Positions 32,266 through 41,949 of a DNA stretch of 64,000 nucleotides are shown here, piece after piece. The notes below the pieces were generated by a model. It saw nothing but the letters and a program-made list of their open reading frames with translations, did not search any database and was not told the DNA's origin. The translations under genes and the position numbers were made by a program. How positions within the stretch are numbered: position 1 is the first letter of the stretch; each line of letters starts with the position of its first letter. The DNA comes from an uncultured Gemmatimonadaceae bacterium (GTDB lineage: Bacteria; Gemmatimonadota; Gemmatimonadetes; Gemmatimonadales; Gemmatimonadaceae): assembly GCA_963829055.1 (NCBI GenBank), contig CAWHHI010000016.1, positions 96,001 through 160,000 of the forward strand, given 5' to 3'.

Positions 32266-33618
32266 ATGCGTCTCTCCAGACTTTTCGGCGGTGGCAAACC
32301 GGACGAGCCCCAGGAACCCGAGCCGCCCGAGGTGCCTGAAGAAGTCGAAGCGACGGCCGAGGACGATGGGGCCGAGGCCGATGAGTTCGAGGGCGTCCCT
32401 GAAGGCGATCCGGACGTCGATCTGGACGCTCAGTGGCGCGCGCGTGCCGCCGACGTCATTCCCGGCGGCGCATCGACCGGCAGCAAGCGCGTTGCCGCGC
32501 TGTACGGTGAGGGGACCGAGTTCGGCCCGACGCACTACTCCCGGGCATCGGGGTGCCACGTCACGACTGCCGGCGGACGGACGCTCATTGACTGCACGAT
32601 GGCGTTAGGCAGCGTCGCCATCGGCTACGCCGACGAGACCGTCACGCGCGCCGTGCTGAACGCCGCCGCGCTCGGACACGTCGCCGGTCTGTCGCACACG
32701 AGCGAGGTCGACATCGCCGACAAGCTCTCCGACATCATCCCCTGCGCCGAGCAGGTGCGGTTTCTCAAGAGCGGCGCGGAGGCGGTGGCTGCAGCCGTCC
32801 GCATTGCTCGGACCTACACGGGCAAGGACCGCATCGTCGCGTCCGGGTATTTCGGATGGCTCGACTGGGCGAGCGATGCGCGGGGCGTCCCCGAGAAGGT
32901 GCGCGCCGACGTGACCCATGTCCCGTTCGACGATATCGCCGCCATCGAGCAGGCGTGTGCGCAGGCGGGCAGCGGCCTCGCGGCCATTGTCATCGAGCCG
33001 GTCGTCGAGCGATTGCCATCAGCGGAGTGGCTCGCCGCCGCGCGACGGTTGTGCGATGCGGCCGGAGCGGTGCTGATCTTCGACGAGATCAAAACCGGAT
33101 TCCGGCTCCGACCCGGAGGCTATCAGGAGTACGGGAAGTTCGAGCCGGACCTCGCCACGTTCGGGAAGGCGATGGCGAACGGTTTCCCCATCTCCGCCGT
33201 CGTCGGCCGAGCGGCGGTCATGGAGGCGGCGACGGACACCTGGATCTCCTCGACGCTTGCCGGCGAGGCGACGGCCCTCGCGGCGGTCGGCGGCGTTCTC
33301 GAGTGGCACGATAAGACCGACGTGTGCGACACGCTCTGGCGCACGGGCGAGGAGATGATCGGTGCGGTGAAGCGCGCGATCGCCGCCAGCGGCGTCGACG
33401 GCGTGACGGTCGACGGCATCGCGCCCATGTGGTTTCTGCGCTTCGACGATCCGGCGCGGGAATCGCGCTTCCTCGAGCTCGCGCTCGAGCAGGACGTGCT
33501 GTTCAAGCGTGGCGCGTACAACTATGCCTCGATCGCCCACGACGAGCAGACGCTCATCGACATCGAGCGTGCGGCGAGCACCGCGTTCGTACAACTGGCT
33601 GAGGAGATCGAAGGCTGA
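32266..33618 (+). CDS. Class III aminotransferase (glutamate-1-semialdehyde aminomutase-like) with acidic N-terminal extension
   Basis: FLKSGAEA, IEP, IFDEIKTGFR, DLATFGKAMANGFP. Confidence 0.85.
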   Translation: MRLSRLFGGGKPDEPQEPEPPEVPEEVEATAEDDGAEADEFEGVPEGDPDVDLDAQWRARAADVIPGGASTGSKRVAALYGEGTEFGPTHYSRASGCHVTTAGGRTLIDCTMALGSVAIGYADETVTRAVLNAAALGHVAGLSHTSEVDIADKLSDIIPCAEQVRFLKSGAEAVAAAVRIARTYTGKDRIVASGYFGWLDWASDARGVPEKVRADVTHVPFDDIAAIEQACAQAGSGLAAIVIEPVVERLPSAEWLAAARRLCDAAGAVLIFDEIKTGFRLRPGGYQEYGKFEPDLATFGKAMANGFPISAVVGRAAVMEAATDTWISSTLAGEATALAAVGGVLEWHDKTDVCDTLWRTGEEMIGAVKRAIAASGVDGVTVDGIAPMWFLRFDDPARESRFLELALEQDVLFKRGAYNYASIAHDEQTLIDIERAASTAFVQLAEEIEG

Positions 33619-34529
33619 TGGCGTCAGCGGCACCGCTCGCGGGGGCAGGACCGCTCATCGACGTGCACGCGCATTTCTTCTTCGCCGGCTGCGGCCGCGC
33701 GGAGTGGAGCGCGCTCAACGATGCACGGTTTCGTGCCGGAGACCGCATCGGCATCACCACCCACATCGCCTCCATCCTCGGCTCCTGGGGCCGCTGGTCG
33801 CCGACCTACTTTCAGTCGCCGGCCGACACGCGGCTCGGCAACGACGCGATGATCGCGATTGCGAAAGCGAACCCCGATCGGGTGCGGTGGTACGTCGCCG
33901 TCAACCCTAACGACACGCGGGATGCGCTCGCCGAGATCGACCGTTGTGTTGCGGCCGGCGCGATCGGCGTGAAGCTGGCGGCGGCGCGGCGCGCGGATGA
34001 TCCACTGCTGGACCCGATCGCCGAGCGGGCGGCGGCCGGAGGACTTCCGGTGCTGCACCACATCTGGCAGCACCGCCGGCGCCACTGGCCGTCGCAGGAC
34101 GCGAGCGACGGCGTGGACCTCGTTCGGCTCGCGCGCCGGCATCCGGGCGCGAACTTCATTCTCGCCCACATTGGTGGGGGAGGGGACTACCAGCACACGT
34201 TCGCCGCGGTGCGTGACGTGCCTAACGTGTACCTCGACCTGTCGGGAAGCGGTGTGGACCGCGGGATGCTCGACAACGCGTACGCCGCGGTCGGTGCCGG
34301 CCGTCTCCTGTGGGGCGCGGATATCACGTTGTGCACGGGCCTCGCCAAGCTCTGGGCGCTCGAGGTCATCGGCCTGACGAGCGACGAGATGGCGGACGTG
34401 AAGTGGCGGAATGCTCGGAGAATCTTCGCTTCGCTCGATCGGGAGCCGGGAACCGGGAACAGGGAACCGAGCAGCACGCAGCGATCAGCACCGATTCCCG
34501 ATTCCCCAGTCCCGATTCCCGACCAATGA
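33618..34529 (+). CDS. Amidohydrolase_2 family metallohydrolase
   Basis: IDVHAH, GVKL, PVLHH, LAHIGGG, NVYLDLSGS, WGAD. Confidence 0.85.
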   Translation: MASAAPLAGAGPLIDVHAHFFFAGCGRAEWSALNDARFRAGDRIGITTHIASILGSWGRWSPTYFQSPADTRLGNDAMIAIAKANPDRVRWYVAVNPNDTRDALAEIDRCVAAGAIGVKLAAARRADDPLLDPIAERAAAGGLPVLHHIWQHRRRHWPSQDASDGVDLVRLARRHPGANFILAHIGGGGDYQHTFAAVRDVPNVYLDLSGSGVDRGMLDNAYAAVGAGRLLWGADITLCTGLAKLWALEVIGLTSDEMADVKWRNARRIFASLDREPGTGNREPSSTQRSAPIPDSPVPIPDQ

Positions 34530-35284
34530 TCGATCTCAACGCCTACATCGGCCCATATCCCTTTCGCCATCTCCCGCATCCCGACCCCGCCATTCTCGTT
34601 GGTGTGCTCGAGCGCGAGGGGCTGAGTGGCGCGTGGGTCGGGCATCTGCCGTCTGCGTTCTACCGCGACCCCGCCGCGGGCAACGACGATCTGTTCGCGT
34701 CGCTTGCGCCGCACGCCGATCGTCTGCGTGCCGTTCCCTGCATCCGACCCGACTGGCCGAACTGGGAGCGCGCGCTGGCATCCGTCGTCGATCGCGGCGT
34801 GCCTGCCGTTCGCGCGTACCCGCCGCAGTGGGGACTTGGCGCCGATGACCCGGGCCTGCGCGCGTTATGTGGCGCGTGCGGGGAGGCCGGCATCGCGCTC
34901 GTGCTGACCGCGCGCTTCGAGGATCTGCGTCAGCGCCACTGGATGGATCAGGCCGGCGACCTCAGCGCCGCGACGATTCGTGGTATTGCGCGGGGCAACT
35001 CGCGCACGCGCATCGTCGTCTGCTCTGCCGGACGCGGGACCATCGAGGAAACGCACTGGGGTCTCACTCCGGCAGAGCGCGAGCAGGTCTTCTGGGACAT
35101 CTCGTGGATCTGGGGTCCGCCCGAAGACGAGTTGGCGACGTTGTTTCGGACGATCGGACCCGGTCGATTCGTCTACGGCACGGCGTGGCCTTTGCGGCTG
35201 GCGCAGACTCCGCGGGCGAGTCTCGCGCTTCTGCCTGACGAGTGGTCGAACGTCGTGCTCGCCGACCCATCGATGTGGGAGTAA
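34526..35284 (+). CDS. Amidohydrolase_2-fold protein with degenerate metal site
   Basis: MIDLNAYIGPYPFR in place of DxHxH, WDIS, FVYGTAWP; ATGA overlap. Confidence 0.7.
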   Translation: MIDLNAYIGPYPFRHLPHPDPAILVGVLEREGLSGAWVGHLPSAFYRDPAAGNDDLFASLAPHADRLRAVPCIRPDWPNWERALASVVDRGVPAVRAYPPQWGLGADDPGLRALCGACGEAGIALVLTARFEDLRQRHWMDQAGDLSAATIRGIARGNSRTRIVVCSAGRGTIEETHWGLTPAEREQVFWDISWIWGPPEDELATLFRTIGPGRFVYGTAWPLRLAQTPRASLALLPDEWSNVVLADPSMWE

Positions 35285-35391
35285 CGAAAAAATCGTGTGA
35301 TCATCTACGTGGCTCGAAGTGGCGCAAAAAGCCTGTGCGTCGGTGCTTGCGCGCCTCTCCAGGGGTCGTCATACTTCGCGAACTTGCAGCG

Positions 35392-35415
35392 GCCTTGTGA
35401 ACATTTTCACAAGGC
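35392..35415. promoter_or_regulatory. Rex-type operator (also fits CRP spacing) upstream of actA
   Basis: GCC-TTGTGAA-CATT-TTCACAA-GGC matches TTGTGAA-N4-TTCACAA exactly; ends about 40 nt before the actA ATG. Confidence 0.75.
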
Positions 35416-35454
35416 AGACCGGCTCGCATCGGAATTCCACCCTCGGTCTCCCCG

Positions 35455-36099
35455 ATGACCAGTAGGCGAAAGTGGGCGCTCGTTCCGGGGTTCGTAGCGC
35501 TGGCAACCGCCGTCGCTCTCCTCTCCGCGTACAGCGGCGCGTCCTCCTCACAGAACTTCGCGCCAGAACAGCCGATCGCGTTTCCGCACCCGACGCACGT
35601 GCAGAAGCTCGGCATGAACTGTCTGTACTGCCACTACGCCGCGAACAAGTCACCGGATCCAGGAATGCCCGCCGTCGGCACGTGCCTCGGTTGCCATAAC
35701 CAGATCATGGTCGGGCCCAATCGCCCGAAGGTCGACAGCACGCCCGCGCGTCAGAGCGCCGAGATCAAGAAACTCCTCGACAACTACGCCGACCCGACAG
35801 GCAAACCGAAGAAGGCCATCGAGTGGGTGCGCATCCACAAGGTGCCCGAGTACGTGCGCTTCCCGCACATGCGCCACGTGAATGCCGGCGTGGCCTGCCA
35901 GAGCTGTCACGGCCAGGTGCAGCGCATGGGCCGGGTCTACCAGTTTTCGTCGCTGAACATGGGCTGGTGCGTGAACTGTCACGTCAACGGCTACAAGCCG
36001 GCCGACGCGGTCAAGAACACCGAGGGGTATCCAACGCAGCAGGACCTCGCGGCTCCGCCCAAGAAAGCACGGTACGACTGCAGCGCTTGTCACTATTGA
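35455..36099 (+). CDS. actA: Alternative complex III pentaheme cytochrome c
   Basis: Five CxxCH motifs (CLYCH, CLGCH, CQSCH, CVNCH, CSACH); EQPIAFPH; N-terminal TM. Confidence 0.9.
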   Translation: MTSRRKWALVPGFVALATAVALLSAYSGASSSQNFAPEQPIAFPHPTHVQKLGMNCLYCHYAANKSPDPGMPAVGTCLGCHNQIMVGPNRPKVDSTPARQSAEIKKLLDNYADPTGKPKKAIEWVRIHKVPEYVRFPHMRHVNAGVACQSCHGQVQRMGRVYQFSSLNMGWCVNCHVNGYKPADAVKNTEGYPTQQDLAAPPKKARYDCSACHY

Positions 36100-36150
36100 T
36101 GCGGCGGTCGACCGCCTCGATGCACCGTCCCTCCGTCTAGACCTTCTCAC

Positions 36151-39100
36151 ATGACCCAACCCTCGGGGCCCGCGGGCGTCAAGCGCCGCGACTTCCTCAA
36201 GGTCCTGGGCGCCGCGGGCGCCGCCACGACCGCCGTCGGATGCAGTCAGGAGCGAGTCGAGAAGCTCATTCCTTATCTCGTCTCACCCGACGAAACGGTC
36301 CCGGGTGTCTCCACCTATTACGCGACGACCTGTCGCGAGTGCGCTGCCGGTTGCGGGTTGATCGCGGAAACTCGCGATGGCCGCGTGATCAAGCTGGAGG
36401 GGAATCCCTCGCATCCGGTGAACCACGGCGCGTTATGCGCGCGTGGCCAGGCCGCGCTGCAGGGGCTCTACAATCCGGATCGCTATCGCGAGCCGATGGT
36501 GCGGCGCAACGGGAAGTTCGAGCGGATCAGCTGGGACGACGCCCAGAAGATGCTCCGCGACCGCATCGCCGGACTCGGCGCCGGCGCGGCGAACGCGGTG
36601 TTCGTCAACCAGCACGAGACCGGAAGCTTTCCCGCGTTCCTCGATCAATGGCTCGCGGGATACGGAATGCCGGCGCACATCGCGTACGACGGCGAAGCGC
36701 CGCACGCGGTGCTGCAGGCGAATCGTCAATCGTTCGGCGGCGTCTCCTGGCCAGCGCTCGACTTCTCGGCCGCTCGTCTCGTCGTCGCGATCGGCGCCGA
36801 CTTCCTGGACATGTGGGGCGCGTCCGTCCCGCAGCAGCTCGCGTTTGCCGACGCGCGCGCCAAGCTCGCGGATGCCCCGCGCTTCGTGTACGTCGGCCCG
36901 CGCCGCTCGCTCACCGGCCTCAACGCCGACGAGTGGATTGCGTGCAAGCCGGGAAGTGAGCTCGCCATCGTGAACGCACTCGCTGGTCGCGGCGGATCGA
37001 TTGCCGACGCGGCGACCGCGAGCGGCGTCGATCAGGCAGTGCTCCAGCGTCTCGCGAACGAGCTCTCGGCCACCAAGCCGAGCCTCGTGCTCTCCGGCGT
37101 CACCACCGGGAACGCGCTCGACGTCGCGCTCGCCGTGAACGCACTGAACCAGGCCGCGGGGAACGTCGGCGTCACGATCAAGCCGGCCGAGGGTCTCGTG
37201 GCGTTCGACCGGGCGGGGTCGCCTAACGAGCTCCGCGACGCGGTCCAGCGTATGGCGAGTGGCGCCGTTCCGCTCGTGATGTTCCGTGGCGTGAATCCGG
37301 TGCACTCGCTGCCCAAGGCGTTGCAGGCGGCGCAGGCGATCGGGAAGGTGCCGTTCAAGGTGTCCTTCTCCAGCTATCCGGACGAGACGACAGAACTGTG
37401 CGATCTCGTCCTGCCGGACAATCACTCGCTCGAGTCGTGGGGCGACGCCGAATCCGTGCGCGGCTCGATCTCGCTGCAGCAGCCGGCCATGGAGCGCGTG
37501 TTCAACACGCGCGCGACGGCCGACGTGCTCATCGGCATCACCAGGGGCGATCCAGCGACGGCCGGCCGCTATCCGGTCGCCGACTATCGAAGCTGGCTCA
37601 CCGGCCGCTTCCCGGGCGGTGCGCAGGCGTTAGGCGGCGCGCTCGCGCGAGGGATGGCGCCCGGCTCGCCACTTCAGAGCACGGCGCCGGCACGCACGGT
37701 CGCCGCGGCCCCGGTCGCTGCGCCGCTCGAGGGACAGCAGGGCGACTTCTACTTCATGGTCTATCCGTCGCCCGTGCTGGGAGACGGTCGCGGCGGGAAT
37801 AAGCCGTGGCTGCAGGAGCTCGCGGATCCCGTCACGAAGATCGCGTGGCAGTCATGGATCGAGATTCACCCCATGACCGCGCGCCGGCTCGGCATTGAGA
37901 ACGGCGATCACCTCAAGGTCGATACGTCCGCGGGGTCCGTCACCGCGCCGGCGTACCTCTACCTTGGCGTTAGGCCCGACGTCGTTGCCATGGCAACCGG
38001 GCGCGGGCACACCAGCTACGGACGTTACGCCAAGAACATCGGCGTCAACGCACTGGATGCGCTGCCGGTCGCGCACGACGCGGCCGGTGGTCTCGCGCTC
38101 ACGACCGTCAAAGCGCGCGTGTCGAAGGCGGCCGAGAACTCGCCGCTCGTTACGACCGAGGGCTCGGCGCGCCAGCACGGTCGAGGCATCGGACAGGCCA
38201 TCACCGTCGCGCAGCTGAACGGGCCGGAGCACGAGGAACACCAGTTCGCGGGAGACAAAGAGCACGCGTTCCTTCCAGGACTGCGCTCTCCGGTCGCGAA
38301 CGATGCGCAGGGCGTGTTAGGCGGCGACAAGTCGAAGGAAAAGGGGATGTACGACCCCGAGCATTGGAGCGGGATGGCCAGGCGCCGCTGGGCGATGACC
38401 ATCGACCTCGCGCGATGCACGGGCTGCTCGGCCTGCGTGACGGCGTGCTACGCCGAGAACAACATCCCGACGGTCGGCGCGCCGTGGCAGGGTCGTTCGC
38501 TTCGCCCGTTCCATTCGAGCGACGGCAGCGGCTGGGATACGCGTCCCGGCGCGAACATCCTGAAGGGCCGCGAGATGACGTGGATCCGCATCGAGCGCTA
38601 CTTCGAGGGCGGGGAAGACGGCTCCACGGACTTCGACACGCGCTTCGTGCCGATGCTCTGCCAGCACTGCGGCAACGCGCCATGCGAGCCGGTGTGCCCC
38701 GTGTACGCGACGTACCACTCGCCGGACGGGCTCAACGTCCAGGTCTACAATCGCTGCGTCGGCACGCGGTATTGCTCGAACGGCTGTCCCTACAAGGTTC
38801 GCTACTTCAACTGGCACGGGTACGGCGAACCGGAGCGTCGTCAGTACGCGTTCCCGGAGCCGCTCAACTGGCAGTTGAATCCCGACGTCACGGTGCGCGG
38901 CAAGGGCGTCATGGAGAAGTGCACGTTCTGCGTGCAGCGCATCCGTGAGTCCGAGCACCGCGCCAAGCTCGAGGGACGCGACGTCGCGCCCGATGAGTTC
39001 ACGACGGCGTGCGCGCAGGCGTGCCCGTCGCGCGCGATCACGTTCGGTGACGCGGCGGACGAGAACTGGACGGTGGCGAAGCTCGCCGAGGATCGACGCG

Positions 39101-39207
39101 CATACCACGTGTTCGAGGAGCTGAACACCTTCACGGCGGTCGTCTACTTGAAGAAGGTCAATCACCCAACCGCTGCCGCGGCACAACCGGCGGGAGGTGC
39201 GCGCTAA
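36151..39207 (+). CDS. actB: Alternative complex III subunit B (molybdopterin-oxidoreductase-like fold fused to an Fe-S domain)
   Basis: Tat motif KRRDFLK, KLEGNPSHP, PWLQEL.DP, CTGCSAC, CQHCGNAPCEPVCP, CVGTRYCSNGCPY, EKCTFCVQRI. Confidence 0.92.
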   Translation: MTQPSGPAGVKRRDFLKVLGAAGAATTAVGCSQERVEKLIPYLVSPDETVPGVSTYYATTCRECAAGCGLIAETRDGRVIKLEGNPSHPVNHGALCARGQAALQGLYNPDRYREPMVRRNGKFERISWDDAQKMLRDRIAGLGAGAANAVFVNQHETGSFPAFLDQWLAGYGMPAHIAYDGEAPHAVLQANRQSFGGVSWPALDFSAARLVVAIGADFLDMWGASVPQQLAFADARAKLADAPRFVYVGPRRSLTGLNADEWIACKPGSELAIVNALAGRGGSIADAATASGVDQAVLQRLANELSATKPSLVLSGVTTGNALDVALAVNALNQAAGNVGVTIKPAEGLVAFDRAGSPNELRDAVQRMASGAVPLVMFRGVNPVHSLPKALQAAQAIGKVPFKVSFSSYPDETTELCDLVLPDNHSLESWGDAESVRGSISLQQPAMERVFNTRATADVLIGITRGDPATAGRYPVADYRSWLTGRFPGGAQALGGALARGMAPGSPLQSTAPARTVAAAPVAAPLEGQQGDFYFMVYPSPVLGDGRGGNKPWLQELADPVTKIAWQSWIEIHPMTARRLGIENGDHLKVDTSAGSVTAPAYLYLGVRPDVVAMATGRGHTSYGRYAKNIGVNALDALPVAHDAAGGLALTTVKARVSKAAENSPLVTTEGSARQHGRGIGQAITVAQLNGPEHEEHQFAGDKEHAFLPGLRSPVANDAQGVLGGDKSKEKGMYDPEHWSGMARRRWAMTIDLARCTGCSACVTACYAENNIPTVGAPWQGRSLRPFHSSDGSGWDTRPGANILKGREMTWIRIERYFEGGEDGSTDFDTRFVPMLCQHCGNAPCEPVCPVYATYHSPDGLNVQVYNRCVGTRYCSNGCPYKVRYFNWHGYGEPERRQYAFPEPLNWQLNPDVTVRGKGVMEKCTFCVQRIRESEHRAKLEGRDVAPDEFTTACAQACPSRAITFGDAADENWTVAKLAEDRRAYHVFEELNTFTAVVYLKKVNHPTAAAAQPAGGAR

Positions 39208-40673
39208 TGGCCACCGTAGCCCGTCCAGGACCAGCCACCGATCTCGTCCCCAGGCCTAACGTCGCCTCGGCGAACGTTCAGCTGCCGGGAGTTCGCGATT
39301 ACGAGCAGGTCGACAACGACATCATCAGCACGCTGCGTCCCACCGGCGGATGGTTCGCCGCGCTCGGCCTCTCCATCGCGCTGTTCCTGTGGGGTGCCGG
39401 CACGTGGGTCTATCAGATCTACTGGGGGCTCGGCAACGCCGGTTACAACCCGCCGGTGATGTGGGGCGTCTACATCATCACGTTCGTATTCTGGGTCGGT
39501 ATCGGTCACGCAGGCACGCTGATCTCGGCCATTCTGTATCTGTTCCGCGCTGGCTTCCGCACGACGATCTACCGATGCGCCGAAGCGATGACGGTGTTCG
39601 CCGTCATGACCGCGGGGTTGTTCCCGATCATTCACATCGGGCGCCCGTGGAAGTTCTTCTGGCTCATTCCGTATCCGAACTGGCGGCTCATCTGGCCGAA
39701 CTTCAAGAGCCCGCTCGTGTGGGACGTGTTCGCGATCTCCACGTACCTCACGGTCTCGAGCACGTTCCTGTACGTCGGACTCATTCCCGACATCGCCGTC
39801 CTGCGTGACCGCGAGACGAATCCGGTTCGCAAGCGGATTCTCGCCGTGCTCTCGTTAGGGTGGCGGAACTCGGAGAGCGAGTGGCGGCACTTCGCGCGGA
39901 TGTATCTGTTCCTCGCCGCGTTCTCGACGCCGCTCGTGCTGTCGGTGCACTCCGTCGTGTCGTTCGACTTCGCGATGGCGCTGACGCCCGGTTGGCACGC
40001 GACGATCTTCCCGCCCTACTTCGTTGCCGGCGCCATCTTCTCCGGCATCGGGATGGTGTTCACGATCATCATCCCCATCCGGAAGTTCTTCAAGCTCGAG
40101 CACTACGTCACGATCAACCACCTCGACGCAGCCGCGAAGCTGTGTCTGTTCACCAGCCAGGTCGTGGGCTGCGCGTACCTCATCGAGTTCTGGGTCGCGT
40201 GGTACTCGGCCAACGCGTTCGAGCAGCAGTACTTCTGGAACCGCGTGTTCGGGCAATGGTGGTGGGCCGCGTGGATCATGCTCACGTGCAACGTGATCTT
40301 CCCACTCTCGCTGTTCTCCCAGAAGCTGCGGCGAAATCCCGGCTGGCTCTTCATCCTGAGCATCTTCATCAACCTCGGCATGTGGTTCGAGCGGTTCGTG
40401 ATCATCGTGCCGTCGTTGTCGCACGAGTTCGAGCCGTGGCAGTGGTCCGCGTACATGCCGAGCTGGGTGGACGTCTCGATCCTCACCGGATCCTTCGGCT
40501 GGTTCTTCATGTGGTTCCTGCTGTTCATCAAGCAGCTGCCAGTCATCGCGATCGCCGAGGTGAAGGAGATTGTGCCGCCGAAGCTCAGGCGCGCGCATCC
40601 ACACGCGGACGCGATCGATACGTCCGGCCGACATCAGGAGTACGAAGCCGACACGCCAGGGGAGTTCGCCTGA
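39207..40673 (+). CDS. actC: Alternative complex III NrfD/PsrC-type quinol-binding subunit
   Basis: FVFWVGIGHAGTLISAIL, HIGRPW, SPLVWD, SVHSVVSFDFA, GMWFERF. Confidence 0.93.
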   Translation: MATVARPGPATDLVPRPNVASANVQLPGVRDYEQVDNDIISTLRPTGGWFAALGLSIALFLWGAGTWVYQIYWGLGNAGYNPPVMWGVYIITFVFWVGIGHAGTLISAILYLFRAGFRTTIYRCAEAMTVFAVMTAGLFPIIHIGRPWKFFWLIPYPNWRLIWPNFKSPLVWDVFAISTYLTVSSTFLYVGLIPDIAVLRDRETNPVRKRILAVLSLGWRNSESEWRHFARMYLFLAAFSTPLVLSVHSVVSFDFAMALTPGWHATIFPPYFVAGAIFSGIGMVFTIIIPIRKFFKLEHYVTINHLDAAAKLCLFTSQVVGCAYLIEFWVAWYSANAFEQQYFWNRVFGQWWWAAWIMLTCNVIFPLSLFSQKLRRNPGWLFILSIFINLGMWFERFVIIVPSLSHEFEPWQWSAYMPSWVDVSILTGSFGWFFMWFLLFIKQLPVIAIAEVKEIVPPKLRRAHPHADAIDTSGRHQEYEADTPGEFA

Positions 40674-41170
40674 TGGGAGTTCTTGCTGCATTTCGCGAGC
40701 TGGACGCGACGGTGGACGCCATCGAAGATCTGAGAAGCCAGAAGATCAATGACTTCACGGTCTACACACCGACGCCGCGCCACGAGATCGAACACGCCGT
40801 GAACCCACCCACGAGTCCGGTGCGCAAGTTCACGCTCATCGGTGGGCTCGCGGGCGTTTGCTTCGGCTACTGGATCGCGATCTGGACGTCCGACTACTGG
40901 CCGCTCGTCGTGGGCGGAAAGCCCGTGGCGAGCTGGGTGCCGTACACGATCATCGGCTTTGAGGTGATGGTGCTGATCGGCGCGCTCTCGACCGTCGCCG
41001 GCATGTTCATCAACTCACGCGTTCCGAAGATCACGATGACGGTGGGCTTCGACCCACGCTTCACGCACGGTGACTACGGAATCTGGGTCCCGGCCGCGCC
41101 GGACCGCGCTCGTGCCGTCGAAGACACGTTCCGCCGCAACGGGGCCGTGGAGGTGCGCCATGAGCGCTAG
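40673..41170 (+). CDS. actD: Alternative complex III subunit D (DUF3341)
   Basis: YTPTP, WPLVVGGKP, FEVMVL; TGATG coupling to actC. Confidence 0.88.
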   Translation: MGVLAAFRELDATVDAIEDLRSQKINDFTVYTPTPRHEIEHAVNPPTSPVRKFTLIGGLAGVCFGYWIAIWTSDYWPLVVGGKPVASWVPYTIIGFEVMVLIGALSTVAGMFINSRVPKITMTVGFDPRFTHGDYGIWVPAAPDRARAVEDTFRRNGAVEVRHER

Positions 41171-41949
41171 CGTTAGGCGCGTCGCGGTCCGCCGCGCACT
41201 GGCCGGCGTCGTTGCGCGCCGTGGTGTTGGTAGCCGCGCTGGCGCCACTCGGCGCGTGCGAGTGGTTCACCGACTTCAAGCGGCAGCCGAAGATCGACCC
41301 GTGGGAACGGTTGGACTCCGCAGGCGTCCGCGGTAATCCACAGACGTCGGTGCCCATCACGGGCTCCGTCGTGCCAGGGTTCGCCGTGTCGTACGCGAAC
41401 ATGCCGGCGACCATCGACTCGATGTCCACGCTGCGCAATCCGACACCGCCCGATTCCGCGTCGTTGCTGAACGGTCGGAAGTACTACACGATCAACTGTG
41501 CCGTCTGCCACGGTATGGCCGGCAAGGGCGACGGACTCGCGGTCAAGTACGGCGTGTTTCCGTTCCCGCTCGTTGGCGATCGCGGTCGTGGCCTGAGCGA
41601 CGGCTACATCTTCGGCATGATCCGGAACGGTCGCGGCAACATGCCGCCGTACAACCGCATCGAAGAGAAGGATCGTTGGGATGTCGTGAACTACGTCCGC
41701 GGGCTTCAGGGCACGCTGCCTTCCGGTGCCGTGGCGACCGGCCCGCTCGCGGTGCCGGGCTTCACCGGCGCCTCGCTTCCCGGCGCAACCACAATGGGAC
41801 CCACGCGCCCCGTTCCGCACACGGCCGCCGAGATGGACAAGTACGGTGGCGTGCGTGACAGCGCCTCGCGTGATACCACCAATCGCGCCGCCACCGATTC
41901 GACCCGCGCCCCAGCACGTGGTGCCCCGCGCCCGGGAGAGAGGGAATGA
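41160..41949 (+). CDS. actE: Alternative complex III monoheme cytochrome c lipoprotein; probable indel near 41200
   Basis: Lipobox LGAC, CAVCHG, GRGNMPPY, RWDVVNYVR. Confidence 0.85.

Noticed and set aside
32266..33618. Calling the class III aminotransferase hemL
   Set aside because: The N-terminal motif is PGGASTGSK rather than the HemL-type PGGVNSPVR, and there are no heme biosynthesis neighbours.
36151..39207. ActB as a stand-alone molybdoenzyme such as a nitrate or formate reductase
   Set aside because: The context (pentaheme c, NrfD, DUF3341, monoheme c, ActF) identifies alternative complex III.
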